Positions 25,764 through 35,921 are shown, numbered from the stretch's first letter. The stretch is 64,000 nt of DNA from Candidatus Xenobia bacterium (GCA_045863235.1 BTUM01000004.1:88621-152620), one strand, 5' to 3'. Made by a program: numbers and translations. Notes: generated by a model from the letters alone, not told the origin.

Positions 25764-27185
25764 GTGAACATTGCGTTAAAATGCCAGGCAAGAAACGGGA
25801 ACAATGCCCCCGAGGTGGAACCTGAGCCGTTGAAGATGGAGGAGGACCGCCAGAAAAAGCTCGAGGGGCTGCTGCGCAAAGCACGTCAGCGGATCCAGGA
25901 GCAGACCGCCGAGATCGCCCGCCTGCAAGAGCAGCTCCAGAGCCAGCAGCCGAGCGGCGGCGACCCCGAGCGCATCGCACGTTTGGAAGAGACCTGCGTC
26001 AAGGCCCGGACCCGCCTCAAGCAACTGGTAGGCCGGCTCGAGAAGCGGGAGAGCGAGCTCGAGCAGGCTCAAACCCGCATCAAGACGCTGGAAGCATCCC
26101 GCGGCGAAGGCAAGCGAGCGCCCGAGGATCAAGACCTGGCCCGCCAACTGGCCCTGGCCCAGGCCCGCATCAAGAAGCTGGAAGCGTCCCGGGCCCGTGT
26201 CAAGGAGCTGGAAGAGCAGAACGCCGACCTGGCTCGCCAGCTGGCTACAGCCAGAGCCCGCACCAGGAAGCCAGAAGCATCCGGTGGTGAGGAAAAGCAG
26301 ACCGGAGACCTGGCCAGTGCCCGTGCCCGCATCGAGGAGCTGGAAGCTGAGGCCCAGGAGCTGGCCGAAGCCCGCCTCCAGGAGCTGGAGGCGCAGGCCC
26401 AGGAACTGGCCCAAGCCAGGGCCCGCATCGAAGAGCTCGAAGCCCAGGCCGGCGGCGAAATTCTGGAATCCTGGGAAGGCACCGACTCGCTCGGCGACCT
26501 GGCCCAGGCTCTGGATGAGCTGGCCAGCGCCCGGGCCCGCATCGAGGAGTTGGAGTCAGCCCCCCGCGAGGAGGGCGATCTGGGCCAGATGCAACAGCAA
26601 CTGGCCCGAGCCCGGGTCCGCATCGAAGCGCTGGAGGCCCGCGAGCAAGATCTGGCCGACGCTTGCCAGGATCTGGTCGAGGCCAGAAAACGCATCGCCG
26701 AGTTGGAAGGACAGGCCGACCTGGAGCTGACCCGAGAGCTGGCCAGCGCTCGGGCTCGCATCGCCGAACTGGAAGGCCAGAGCCAGCAGGGCTCGGAGGT
26801 ACAAGCCCTGGAACAGCTCATCAACTGGCGCGACTCCGAGATCGCCGAGCTGAAGACCGAACTGGAGCGAGCGCGCATCGAGGCTCCCCTGCCAGCTGGC
26901 AGCCTCGACTCAGCGCGACTCAATGAGTTACTCGGACAACTCGAGGCAGCTCGGCAGGCCGCTTCCGACAACCGCGCCGCCCTGGAAGCAGCCACGGTGC
27001 GAGCCGCTGCCAACGAGCACGAGCTGCGCAACAAGTTGACTCAGCTGCAGACCGAGAGCCGGGCCCGGCTGGAGAAGGAAATGGAGCAGAACGATCTGTG
27101 CGTCGCCCGCCTCGAGCAAGAAATCAAAGAGCGCGACAGGCGCCTGGCCGAGCTGGAGCGGAAGCTGGCCAATCCGACAACCTGA
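25764..27185 (+). CDS. Coiled-coil protein with degenerate tandem repeats (A[RQ]ARIEELE...)
   Basis: Heptad-rich and almost entirely predicted helix. The repeated peptide units are ARARIEELEAEAQELAEARLQELEAQAQELAQARARIEELEAQ... with matching nucleotide repeats at about 26290-26460. The start is uncertain (GTG at 25764 or ATG at 25836). Confidence 0.5.
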   Translation: MNIALKCQARNGNNAPEVEPEPLKMEEDRQKKLEGLLRKARQRIQEQTAEIARLQEQLQSQQPSGGDPERIARLEETCVKARTRLKQLVGRLEKRESELEQAQTRIKTLEASRGEGKRAPEDQDLARQLALAQARIKKLEASRARVKELEEQNADLARQLATARARTRKPEASGGEEKQTGDLASARARIEELEAEAQELAEARLQELEAQAQELAQARARIEELEAQAGGEILESWEGTDSLGDLAQALDELASARARIEELESAPREEGDLGQMQQQLARARVRIEALEAREQDLADACQDLVEARKRIAELEGQADLELTRELASARARIAELEGQSQQGSEVQALEQLINWRDSEIAELKTELERARIEAPLPAGSLDSARLNELLGQLEAARQAASDNRAALEAATVRAAANEHELRNKLTQLQTESRARLEKEMEQNDLCVARLEQEIKERDRRLAELERKLANPTT

Positions 27186-27192
27186 CCGAGCC

Positions 27193-27525
27193 TCAGTCAG
27201 CCAGGATCTTCTGCAACTCCCAGCGATCCAGCCACATGCCCCGGCAGGTGGGGCACACATCCACCTGGGTGGAGCGCCATTCCCACTCCTTCATGACGAC
27301 GTGGCAGCGTGGGCACTTGCGCTGGCCGGGGGGAACCGTCTTGCGCGAGTCATCGAAGGCCAGCGGTTGGAGAGCGTTCTTGGGCAGCGAGGCCAGAGTG
27401 ACCAGCAGCTCCGGCTCACCGTCGTCGAACCAGAGCCCGTCGCACAGCTCGCACTCGTCGAGTACCAGGTCGCCCAATCGAACCTCGCGCAGAGGCACCA
27501 GGCAGGTGGGGCACTCGATGTTCAT
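27193..27525 (-). CDS. Zinc-ribbon protein (TFIIB-type, COG3809-like), last gene of the flotillin operon
   Basis: MNIECPTCLVPL...CELCDGLWFD and a second ribbon CPRCHVVM...CPTCRGMW. Its start overlaps the stop of the giant ATPase gene (ATGA). Confidence 0.65.
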   Translation of the reverse strand: MNIECPTCLVPLREVRLGDLVLDECELCDGLWFDDGEPELLVTLASLPKNALQPLAFDDSRKTVPPGQRKCPRCHVVMKEWEWRSTQVDVCPTCRGMWLDRWELQKILAD

Positions 27526-30500
27526 TCAGGCGACTTCCTGGGAGTTTTGGCTTTGGAGGCAGCCACCTCGGGAGGCGGCTCCTCCAGCGGGCTGAGCGCC
27601 TCCACGCACTCGGTCAGGTTGGTGGCCGCCATCAGGCCGTCGAAGACGCGCACCAGCACCGGATCCATCACCAGAGCCTTGGATTTGGGCCCGCGCACCA
27701 GCTGAGCCAGGGCCTTGAGCTGGGGCACGACGCGCACGAACGAGTCCAGGGCCCCCGGGCCGAGGTTGAGCTGGGGCACCACCTCGGGCGCCAGAACCAC
27801 GGGTTGAGAGGAGGCCACGCCCGCCACGGGAGCCGAAGCCGCCGGCCGCTCGGCCAGCCGGGCCAGAGCCTCGCTCATTTTGTCCAGCACCGGGGAGAGG
27901 TCCACGGGAGCAGCAGGGGCGGCGGCCGCCGCCGGGGGAGCCGAGGAGGCCAGCCGGTTCAAGGACTGCCCCAGCTTCTCCAGCACCGGACCCATGTCCA
28001 CCTGGGCCGGGCGCTGCTCCGCCAGCTTCTCCAGCAGGCCCGACACCGGAGCCGGTTTCTCGCTGGCATACTCGATGCTCTGGGAGATGTCGCCCAGCTT
28101 CTCGGCCAGCACGCTGAGCAAGTTCGAGATGCGCACGGCCGGGTCGTCGTCCTTGCCGCCGGTCATCTGGCGGCGCTGGTAACCGCGCTTGATCTCGTCC
28201 CAGCGGGCCAGTTGCTCGGGACTCTGGCGGCCACGCAGCTCGGCCAGCTTGAGCAGGTTCTGCTCGGCCCCCGTGGTCAGGGTCTGGGACTCGCCCTGGT
28301 AGTGGTCGTCCACCAGGCGCTCGAGCTCGTCCTCGTTCATCACCGACGAGACCTTCTCGGCCAGCTTGTTCATGTTGCGGTAGCTGCCCTGCAGCTTGAA
28401 GGCCGGCTCGGTGCGATAGGCGTCGTCCATGCTGGCGGACAGGATGTACTGCTTGTTGATACGCAGCAGCACGGCCTGGATCTTGAGCAGCTTGGTCAGC
28501 ACCGAGCGTAGCTCTTCCAGCTCGACCGGCGAATAGGAATGGCTGAGCTCGCTGGGGGGGATCATCTCCCCCTGGGCCATGCGCACCAGCTTGTACACGT
28601 CCTCGGGCTCACGCCCCGAAAGCGGTGCCAGCACGGGGTTGGAGGTCAGAGCGTTCTCCAGGTAGCTCAGCTCGAACAGCTCCTCGCGACCCGACAGCAC
28701 GTCGCCCAGGTTGTAGGTGTCGGCGCGGTTGGCCAGCATGTCGGGGATCTGAAAGCGCGCTCCCGACTCGGTGTAAGGGTTGCCGGCCATGCAGACGCAG
28801 AAGCGCTTGCCACGCAGGTCATAGGTGCGTGTGCGACCCAGCCAGACGCCCTCGATCTTGCGCTGGGCGTCGCACAGCGAGATGAACTTCTGCAAGAACT
28901 CGGGATTGGTGTGCTGGATGTCGTCGATGTAGAGCAGCACGTTGTTGCCCATCTCCAGGCCGAAGTTGACCTTCTCGACCTCCTGGCGGGCGGTCACGTT
29001 GGGGGCCTCGTTGGGGTCGAGCGAGCTGACCGCATGGCCCAGCGCCGGCCCGTTCACCTTGACGAAAATGAGGCCCAGCCGGTTGGCGATGTACTCCATC
29101 AGGGTGGTCTTGCCGTAGCCAGGGGGCGAGATCAGCAAGAGCATGCCCATCAGGTCGGTCCGCTTGGTCTCGCCTAGCGAGCCGATCTGCTTGGCCAGGT
29201 TCTCGCCGATGAGGGGCAGGTAGACGTCGTTGATGAGCTTGTTGCGCACGAAGGCGCTCATCACTTTGGGCGTGTATTCGTCCATCCGAAGGCGCGCACG
29301 CTCGCGGGCCAGCACGCCCAGCCGCTTCTCCTGATACGCCCGAAAACCGGGCACGCGCTGGCTGCGGAAGCCCCCCAGCCGGGTCAAGAACTCGTCCAGG
29401 CGAAGCTGCATGACCCGGTTCTGGATGCGCGCGTGCTGGCCCAGCAGGCCCTGAACCGTCGCCGTGGTGGCGGCGCTGACGGTCTCTCGCTCCAGGCCCG
29501 GGGTCAGCAAGAGCACGGCCATCTCTTCTTGCACGTGCTCGGCCCGGCCGGCCTCCTTGAGCCGACCGACGAAGGCTCGCACCCAGGAGAGGGCCAGCTC
29601 GTAGCGGCGGGCAGGATCGGCCTGCAGGGCGACCAGTTGCTCGCTCAGAGCGGTGTAGAGGCGCTGGCCTTCCAGGGCCTTGATGAAGGCGTCGCGCAGG
29701 GCCGCCGCGTCGCCGCTCAGGATGAAGCGGGGCTGCGGCCTGGCCAGCTCGAGCAAGAGGTAGCTGCCTGCCTGCTCGGCTTCCTGAGGCGAGAGCTCGA
29801 GCTTGTGCAGCACGCACAGCTCGCCGATGCGCTCGCCCAGCTCGCGGGCCAGCTTCTCCTCGGCCTCGCTGGGCCCGAACATCTTGCGCATCAAGGCCAG
29901 ACTCTGGGCCTGGCGATGCCAGTGCTCGCCTTCGGCGGCCTGGTTGCTCCAGAAGTAGACGCCGGCCGCCCGGGCGGCCGGCGAGAAGCGCAGCAGGCCG
30001 GCTGAGCTGTAGAGGTAGAGCAAGCTCTCCAGAATCAGGGCCGCGTCGTGGTCGTGAATACCGCGCTCGTAGCCCTCGTCGTAGCGCTCGGCCGCCACCC
30101 CCCGCACCAGCTCGAGCAGCCCCGGGTGCACGTCGCCGTCGGGCCGGGTGGCCCCCGAGCGCAGCGTGTCGTAGAGCTTGCTCATCGAGCCCTTCTCGGC
30201 CTGGCTGAGGATGCTGAAAGCCAGATACTCGCCCCGGTAGACCTGCTCCGTCTCGCTGACCAGCTGCTGCTCCCAGAACTCGCGGGTGGACTCGAAGTCG
30301 CTGTCATGCAGGCTCTGGTAGAAGTCGGTGCCGGTGATGTGCAGGTGCATCACCCCTTCGCGCGGCACCATGGTCAGCTCGACCGCCTCGGTATTGACCG
30401 AGAACTTGTGCCGACCCAGCCGGATGACGTTGGCGCCCTCCTCGTAGATCTCGGTCTTGTCTCGCAGGGTCCGGGTGGACTCCTGGCGGGCCATCTTGAG

Positions 30501-33020
30501 GCGCGAGGCCAGCTCGTCGGCCTTAACCGGATCGCCCAGCTCGCGCAGCTTCTCCTCGATGTCGCGCACCTTCATCACCATCGGGTCGCTGGCGAAGTAG
30601 GTGTTCAGATCGTCAGGCGAGGTCATGGTGCCCGAGCGGCGCACGATGCCCTCCAGAATGCGGTCGGCCGCTCCGATCAGTTGCTGGGCTCGGCGCTGAC
30701 GCTGATCCAACAGCTGCTGGCGCTTGGTGGAGAGGGTCTTGTAGACGTCCTCGCGCTTGGTGGTCAGCTCGCCCATGAACTGCTCGTACTCTCCGAAGCG
30801 AGCCTCGAGCTCCTCGAGCTGCAGCATCAGGCGTGAGAGGGCCTGATCGCACTTTTCGGGCGAGTCGGCCAGGTTGATGGCGCTGGTGACGCTCTGGCCG
30901 AAGAGCTGGAACTGCACCCCGAACTCGGCCACCGACTCCTTCTCGCCCAGCTCCTTGCGGCGGGAAGCCATGAGGGCCCGCACCCGGTTGACCTGGCCGA
31001 GTACTTCGGCGATGCGCTCGAGAATCTGGGTGCGCACGGTGGCATCCTCGATCTTGATGCTGCCCAGCACCTCGGTGAGCAGCTCCAGCCCACTCCCGAT
31101 CTTCTCCAGCTCTTCCACCAGAGGCACCAGCTCGGTGACCTTGGCCACCTTCTCCAGCCCTGAGCCCAGCTCCTCAACCCGCTTGACATAGGGGGCGAAG
31201 GCCTGCTCACCCAGCAGGAACTGAACCGCTCTGGCGCTGATCTGATCGTAATAGCCGATGGCCTCTTGCTCGAGCCGGTTCAGCTCGGCCAGGTCAGCAT
31301 AGCGCATCTCCTTGAGGGTGATCAGATGCCCACGCTGGCGGCGCAGCGAGCCCAGCGCTTCCACATAGGAGTCCACGCTGGTCCAGTCTTCCGGGCGCAG
31401 CGACTTGACCAGGTCGAGCATGGTCTGCTGGGCCTCGCGCAAGGCTTTGAGCGCCTGGCGGCGCAGGGTCTCGACTTTGTCGAACTCCTCCAGCACCAGC
31501 TTGCCGGTCTTGCCGATCTCCTTGAGCAGGGCCAGCACGTTGCCCGACTCCTCGTGGCCCAGCCAGTGGTAGAAGTCCTCGCAGCGGGCCACGGAGGCGA
31601 TCAGGTCCTCGTAGACGGTGTAGCTCGGCCTCTGCTCGTTGACCCGACGGGCGATGGAGAGGCAGTCGGAGATTCCCCGCACGAGATCGGCGTTACCGAT
31701 CTTCTCGAGGTAGCTGCCTGTCTTGCTCACCGCGCTGGCGGCCACGTCGTCGCGCAGGAAGGGGGTGCGCCAGATCTGCATCGGATGCACCCGGGCCGGC
31801 TCCTCGTTCGCCATGCGGAAGACGACGAGCAGGCCATCGGGGTAAAGGCAGTAGCCGTGGCAGTGGATGGGGGGAGCTACCTCCTTGCGGATCAGGTTGT
31901 AGCTCATCAGCGCCGTGTGGCCTTTGTCGAGATGATGGAAGGAGTAGAGAACGTCCTCCCCGTTGGGCGAGCGGATGGCCTTTTCGAGGATCATCCCGTC
32001 AAAGGAGCCCTCGAAGGTGCGCAGGGTTCCCTCCTGCAGGTAGAAGCCGCCTGGGAAGACGATGCCGTGGTCTTCAGGGAGTTGCACGCAGGCCTGCCCG
32101 ATCGCATCGATGCGGTGGACTTCCTTGGTGCGGGTGTTGAAGACCAGGTAACGCCAGACTTGCTCGCGATAGGGCAGGATCTTGAGCAAGATGAGCACGC
32201 CCACTTTGGCATACAGGATCTGAGCGTCCTGCAGCGCCTGGTTGGGATCGTCCACCTTCTCGGAGTAGATCCCCTGGCCGTCCTCGGTGTTGTTCTCGAT
32301 CTTGACGGTCAGGTCGCCCCCCACCGTCTCCACGAACACCTCGTCTAAGATGTTGACGTGGGGGTGGCGCCCGGTCACATGCTGCTCGCGGCTGGTGACC
32401 GTCCACTCGAAGTCGTGGGAGTGAGGGAAAGTATTGTCCTGCTCGCCGCGATTGTCGACGTACTCGGCCTTGCCATCGGGGGAGACCTTCCAGCGCAGAA
32501 CCCGCACGTCGGTGATCTGGCTGCCAATCACGAACACCGCCAGCACCTTGCCCAGAATCTGGCGAACATGCAGCATGCGGGCGTTCTTGTAGTATTTGAA
32601 GAGCTCCTTGAAGTCGCGCTCGAGCAGAGGGTGGTTGAGCATGGAGCCGGGCGCGTCGGGCGCTACCGGCACGAAGTCGTAGCCGCCCTCTTCGGTTCTG
32701 ACGAAGTCGTAGAGCGAGAGCACGTCGGGCAGCGGTGTCTCGGCCTTGCGACCGTACTGGACCTCGTAGCCCACCAGCAGCTGGTTGCCCACCGAGACGA
32801 TGTCGCGCGGCAGGCAGTTCTGCTCGGTGCGGATCTTCTCGTTGCCCACCACAGCCATCTCCATGCCCCCGAACAGAGCCACGCGTTTGGAGTTGAGCTC
32901 CTCCACGCGGTTCTTGAGGACTTTGGCCTGCTCCACCAGGCGGGCGCGCAGAATCTCGTAGGCGCCCTGCTCGATCTGCGGCGGAGCCTCAGGTGGGGTG
33001 GTGGTGACCTCTTCCGCCAT
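27522..33020 (-). CDS. Giant (1831 aa) AAA+-type P-loop ATPase, flotillin-associated, function unknown
   Basis: It starts 3 nt after the flotillin stop. The ATPase core sits near residue 1290: Walker A ISPPGYGKTTLMEYIA, Walker B NVLLYIDDIQH, followed by ...CMAGNPYTE.... It has long N-terminal and coiled-coil regions. Codon usage and composition are consistent with neighbouring genes. Confidence 0.7.
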   Translation of the reverse strand: MAEEVTTTPPEAPPQIEQGAYEILRARLVEQAKVLKNRVEELNSKRVALFGGMEMAVVGNEKIRTEQNCLPRDIVSVGNQLLVGYEVQYGRKAETPLPDVLSLYDFVRTEEGGYDFVPVAPDAPGSMLNHPLLERDFKELFKYYKNARMLHVRQILGKVLAVFVIGSQITDVRVLRWKVSPDGKAEYVDNRGEQDNTFPHSHDFEWTVTSREQHVTGRHPHVNILDEVFVETVGGDLTVKIENNTEDGQGIYSEKVDDPNQALQDAQILYAKVGVLILLKILPYREQVWRYLVFNTRTKEVHRIDAIGQACVQLPEDHGIVFPGGFYLQEGTLRTFEGSFDGMILEKAIRSPNGEDVLYSFHHLDKGHTALMSYNLIRKEVAPPIHCHGYCLYPDGLLVVFRMANEEPARVHPMQIWRTPFLRDDVAASAVSKTGSYLEKIGNADLVRGISDCLSIARRVNEQRPSYTVYEDLIASVARCEDFYHWLGHEESGNVLALLKEIGKTGKLVLEEFDKVETLRRQALKALREAQQTMLDLVKSLRPEDWTSVDSYVEALGSLRRQRGHLITLKEMRYADLAELNRLEQEAIGYYDQISARAVQFLLGEQAFAPYVKRVEELGSGLEKVAKVTELVPLVEELEKIGSGLELLTEVLGSIKIEDATVRTQILERIAEVLGQVNRVRALMASRRKELGEKESVAEFGVQFQLFGQSVTSAINLADSPEKCDQALSRLMLQLEELEARFGEYEQFMGELTTKREDVYKTLSTKRQQLLDQRQRRAQQLIGAADRILEGIVRRSGTMTSPDDLNTYFASDPMVMKVRDIEEKLRELGDPVKADELASRLKMARQESTRTLRDKTEIYEEGANVIRLGRHKFSVNTEAVELTMVPREGVMHLHITGTDFYQSLHDSDFESTREFWEQQLVSETEQVYRGEYLAFSILSQAEKGSMSKLYDTLRSGATRPDGDVHPGLLELVRGVAAERYDEGYERGIHDHDAALILESLLYLYSSAGLLRFSPAARAAGVYFWSNQAAEGEHWHRQAQSLALMRKMFGPSEAEEKLARELGERIGELCVLHKLELSPQEAEQAGSYLLLELARPQPRFILSGDAAALRDAFIKALEGQRLYTALSEQLVALQADPARRYELALSWVRAFVGRLKEAGRAEHVQEEMAVLLLTPGLERETVSAATTATVQGLLGQHARIQNRVMQLRLDEFLTRLGGFRSQRVPGFRAYQEKRLGVLARERARLRMDEYTPKVMSAFVRNKLINDVYLPLIGENLAKQIGSLGETKRTDLMGMLLLISPPGYGKTTLMEYIANRLGLIFVKVNGPALGHAVSSLDPNEAPNVTARQEVEKVNFGLEMGNNVLLYIDDIQHTNPEFLQKFISLCDAQRKIEGVWLGRTRTYDLRGKRFCVCMAGNPYTESGARFQIPDMLANRADTYNLGDVLSGREELFELSYLENALTSNPVLAPLSGREPEDVYKLVRMAQGEMIPPSELSHSYSPVELEELRSVLTKLLKIQAVLLRINKQYILSASMDDAYRTEPAFKLQGSYRNMNKLAEKVSSVMNEDELERLVDDHYQGESQTLTTGAEQNLLKLAELRGRQSPEQLARWDEIKRGYQRRQMTGGKDDDPAVRISNLLSVLAEKLGDISQSIEYASEKPAPVSGLLEKLAEQRPAQVDMGPVLEKLGQSLNRLASSAPPAAAAAPAAPVDLSPVLDKMSEALARLAERPAASAPVAGVASSQPVVLAPEVVPQLNLGPGALDSFVRVVPQLKALAQLVRGPKSKALVMDPVLVRVFDGLMAATNLTECVEALSPLEEPPPEVAASKAKTPRKSPE

Positions 33021-33023
33021 CGA

Positions 33024-35198
33024 TCAGCCCTGAGGCGGGGCCGGACGGGGAGCGCGCGGCGCCACCGGGGCCGCCGGGGCGGCCGGAGGCAGAGCCTCCA
33101 TGCCCAGGCTGCGGGCCAGCTCCATCAGCTTGGCCTGGTCGGTGCCCCCGCTTTTCTTGATGAGCGAAGCCAGCAGCGAGGACACGCTCAGGTTCTTGAG
33201 GTCCTCCGAGCTCATCGAGGGGTTGGACAGGATGTCCTTGAGGTCCTTGGCCAGACTCCTCTCGCCGTTCATGTAGTCGCCCAGCATGGCCTTGGCGGCG
33301 TCAGAGTGCTGCATGAAGCGGTCCATGGACTTACTCATCGAGATGGCCCCGAAGATGCGGTCGAGCATGGCCCCGTCGCCGCCCACGATGTCGATCTTGG
33401 CCGACTTGAAGACCTCGGCCATGACCTTGGCCTGGGCCTCGGCCAGCTCTTTCTGGGTCTTGAGCGACTCCAGCGCGATGATGCGCTGGTTCTCGAGCTC
33501 GAGGCGATACTCTTCGTGGCGCCGCGAGACGTCGTCTAAGGCCTTCATGGCCTTGGCCTTCTCGGACAAACCGGCCGCCTCGGCCAGCAGCTTCTTCTGG
33601 ATGGCCTGGGCGTCGGCCTCGGCCCGGGCGGCGGCCACAGAGGCTTCGGCCATGCCCACTTTGTGGCGCGACTCAGCTTCGGCTTCGGCCTGGGCCTTCT
33701 TGATGGAGGCCTCCACCATTCCCAGCTTCTCGTTGGCCGGCGCCTGAGCTTCCTTGACGCGCACCTCGGCCATGCCCTGCTTCTCGAAGGCCAGGGTCTC
33801 GGCTTCCTGAACTTTGGCTTTGGCCAGGCCCTCGGCCGCTCTCTCAGCCTGAACGCCCTCCGACATGCGCACCTTGGCCTGGGCTTCCTTGTCGGCCGCA
33901 GCCAGCTCAGCCTCGGCCAGGGTCAGGCGCTGCTTGGCCGTAAGCCGGGCCACCGCCTCGGCCGCCTCGGCCTGCTTGATCTGCTGGGTGGCCTGCTCCT
34001 CGGCCCTGGCCTCGGCGGCGATCACGACCGAATCCTTGCTGCGCTTGGACTCTTCCTGCACGCGCAGGGTCTTGATGCGCTCTTCTTCCTCGACCACGTT
34101 CTTCTCCACCGCGATACGCTGGCGAATGACCTCCTGAATCTCCTTGCGCTCTTCCTCGAGGGCCTTCTCCTTGGCGATGCGCATCAGCTCGACCTCGCGC
34201 TCTTGCTCGATGGCCTTGAGGTTGATCTCCTTCTGGGCGATCTGCTTCTCGAGGTTGACCACGCGCTGGCGATTGGCGTTGGCCACCTCGATCTCGCGGT
34301 GCTTGTTCTCCTCCATCACCTGGATCTCGCGTTCGGCCTCGATGCGAGCGGCCTCGGCCTTCTTGCGCTCCTCGGCCTGGATTTTGGCGATCTCTGCCTC
34401 GCCCCGGGCGCGAGCCGACTCGACCTCCAGGGTCTGGCGGGTCTGGGCGTCGGCCTGCAGGCGATCCTGCTCCATGATGATGGCGTTGGCCTCGACGTCC
34501 TGGGTCTTGATGCGCTTTTTCTCCTCGTTGAGCAGGTAGTTGGTCTGCACGCGCTGCTCGTGGGTGATCTCGGTGATCTTGCGAATACCCTCGGCGTCCA
34601 TGATGTTGGTCTCATCGAGCGCCGTCAGGGGCGTTTGCTCGAGGTAATCGATGGCCACGTCCTCGAGCACGTAGCCGTTCAGGTCCTCGCCGATGACACC
34701 GCGCACCATGTCGCGAAACTCGGTGCGGCGGGTGTAGAGCTCGGCGAAGTCGTGGCTCTTGCCTGCCGTCTTGAGGGCCTCGGAGAACTTGGCCTCGAAC
34801 AGGTCCTCCAGGGTGCGCGGGTCGGAGGCCCGGGCGCAACCGAGAGACTGGGCCACTTCGAGCACGTCCTCCACGGTCTTGTTGACGCGCACGAAGAACA
34901 TCACGCGGATGTCGGCCCGGATGTTGTCTTTGCAGATCAGGCCCTCTTTACCGCGGCGATCGATGTCGATGGTCTTGACCGAGATATCCATCATCTCTGC
35001 CTTATCGAACAGCGGCATCACCCGGGCGCCGGTAAAGACCACCTGCGGGTCCTTCTGGCCCTTGCGGTTGATGATCAGCGCTTTGCCCTGCTCCACCCGA
35101 ATGTAGAAGCGGGCCTCGGCCAGCGTCCACACCAGCCACAGAAAGAGCAGCGAGCCCACCAGGCCGCCCCCGATGATGAGCATGGTGATCAGTTCCAC
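33024..35198 (-). CDS. Flotillin (SPFH/band-7 domain plus long flotillin helical repeats)
   Basis: N-terminal TM segment MELITMLIIGGGLVGSLLFLWLVW. The SPFH core is ...RVMPLFDKAEMMDISVKTIDI.... An extended EA-repeat coiled coil follows (AEERKKAEAARIEAEREIQ...). Confidence 0.9.
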   Translation of the reverse strand: MELITMLIIGGGLVGSLLFLWLVWTLAEARFYIRVEQGKALIINRKGQKDPQVVFTGARVMPLFDKAEMMDISVKTIDIDRRGKEGLICKDNIRADIRVMFFVRVNKTVEDVLEVAQSLGCARASDPRTLEDLFEAKFSEALKTAGKSHDFAELYTRRTEFRDMVRGVIGEDLNGYVLEDVAIDYLEQTPLTALDETNIMDAEGIRKITEITHEQRVQTNYLLNEEKKRIKTQDVEANAIIMEQDRLQADAQTRQTLEVESARARGEAEIAKIQAEERKKAEAARIEAEREIQVMEENKHREIEVANANRQRVVNLEKQIAQKEINLKAIEQEREVELMRIAKEKALEEERKEIQEVIRQRIAVEKNVVEEEERIKTLRVQEESKRSKDSVVIAAEARAEEQATQQIKQAEAAEAVARLTAKQRLTLAEAELAAADKEAQAKVRMSEGVQAERAAEGLAKAKVQEAETLAFEKQGMAEVRVKEAQAPANEKLGMVEASIKKAQAEAEAESRHKVGMAEASVAAARAEADAQAIQKKLLAEAAGLSEKAKAMKALDDVSRRHEEYRLELENQRIIALESLKTQKELAEAQAKVMAEVFKSAKIDIVGGDGAMLDRIFGAISMSKSMDRFMQHSDAAKAMLGDYMNGERSLAKDLKDILSNPSMSSEDLKNLSVSSLLASLIKKSGGTDQAKLMELARSLGMEALPPAAPAAPVAPRAPRPAPPQG

Positions 35199-35258
35199 GT
35201 CCCCGAACCTCCCTTACCGTCTCGACAAGCATGGATCGCTTCGCGCCACCGCGAAGCC

Positions 35259-35882
35259 TCAACTCTTTCGCCGCGACTTCACCGGGGCGGCCAGGAATAC
35301 CCCCCGCCCCTCGTCATAGTCAAACAGCAGCACATCGCTTCCTGAGGAAAGCTCTTGCTCGGCATACTGCTCGCCGAGCCGCGCCTCGACCAGGATCTTC
35401 CCGCCGTCTCGAAGCTCCACCGCGCCCACGACGCTGGTGAGGCAGCCCGAGCGCACCCGACCGACTTTGCCCACCAGCGAGCGCCTCCGAGTTGCCATCG
35501 GAGCCTCGCGGCGGGGCACCATCCGGCGGGCCAGCCACACGGCCGGCCAGAGCACCCCCAGCAGCACCCCCAGCAAGACCAGGGAGCCCCAACCAGCCGA
35601 AAGGGGCCCTGCCGAGAGCGAGACCAGGCAGGTCGCCCCCCAGCCCAACAGCGCTACCAACGTCAAAACCGGCGCCAGCGGCAGAGCGGCCAGGCCCAGG
35701 TCCTCCAATAGCCGCTCCAGATGAAGGTCATGCTCGAGGAAGTCCGGGATGCCGTTGTGGTCAAGGTCAGCCGCACCAAGCAGGCCACCGAGCAGCACCA
35801 CCATCCAGTACACGAGCAACAGCGCCAGCAGGCCCGAGAAGATCACCGTCGGATAGGTCGTGACCGTCTGGAGAAGCTCCAC
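35259..35882 (-). CDS. NfeD-family membrane protein (flotillin-associated, C-terminal OB-fold)
   Basis: TM segments are followed by the NfeD beta-barrel tail GKVGRVRSGCLTSVVGAVELRDGGKILVEARLGEQYAEQELSSGSDVLLFDYDEGRGVF. It lies 60 nt upstream of flotillin, the canonical NfeD-flotillin arrangement. Confidence 0.75.
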   Translation of the reverse strand: MELLQTVTTYPTVIFSGLLALLLVYWMVVLLGGLLGAADLDHNGIPDFLEHDLHLERLLEDLGLAALPLAPVLTLVALLGWGATCLVSLSAGPLSAGWGSLVLLGVLLGVLWPAVWLARRMVPRREAPMATRRRSLVGKVGRVRSGCLTSVVGAVELRDGGKILVEARLGEQYAEQELSSGSDVLLFDYDEGRGVFLAAPVKSRRKS

Positions 35883-35903
35883 GTCTCACACCTCCCTGTC
35901 TGT

Positions 35904-35921
35904 CTGTGAGCAAACTCACAT
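35904..35921 (-). promoter_or_regulatory. Perfect CRP/FNR-type palindrome TGTGA-N6-TCACA at the NfeD-flotillin operon promoter
   Basis: cTGTGAgcaaacTCACAt is centred about 30 nt upstream of the NfeD start, just before the SD (cagggagg). It is identical to the CRP-family consensus. Coordinates are +/-2 nt. Confidence 0.45.

Noticed and set aside
33663-35345. 560-aa plus ORF
   Set aside because: It is antisense to the flotillin gene and its translation is low-complexity Leu/Gly/Asp/His.
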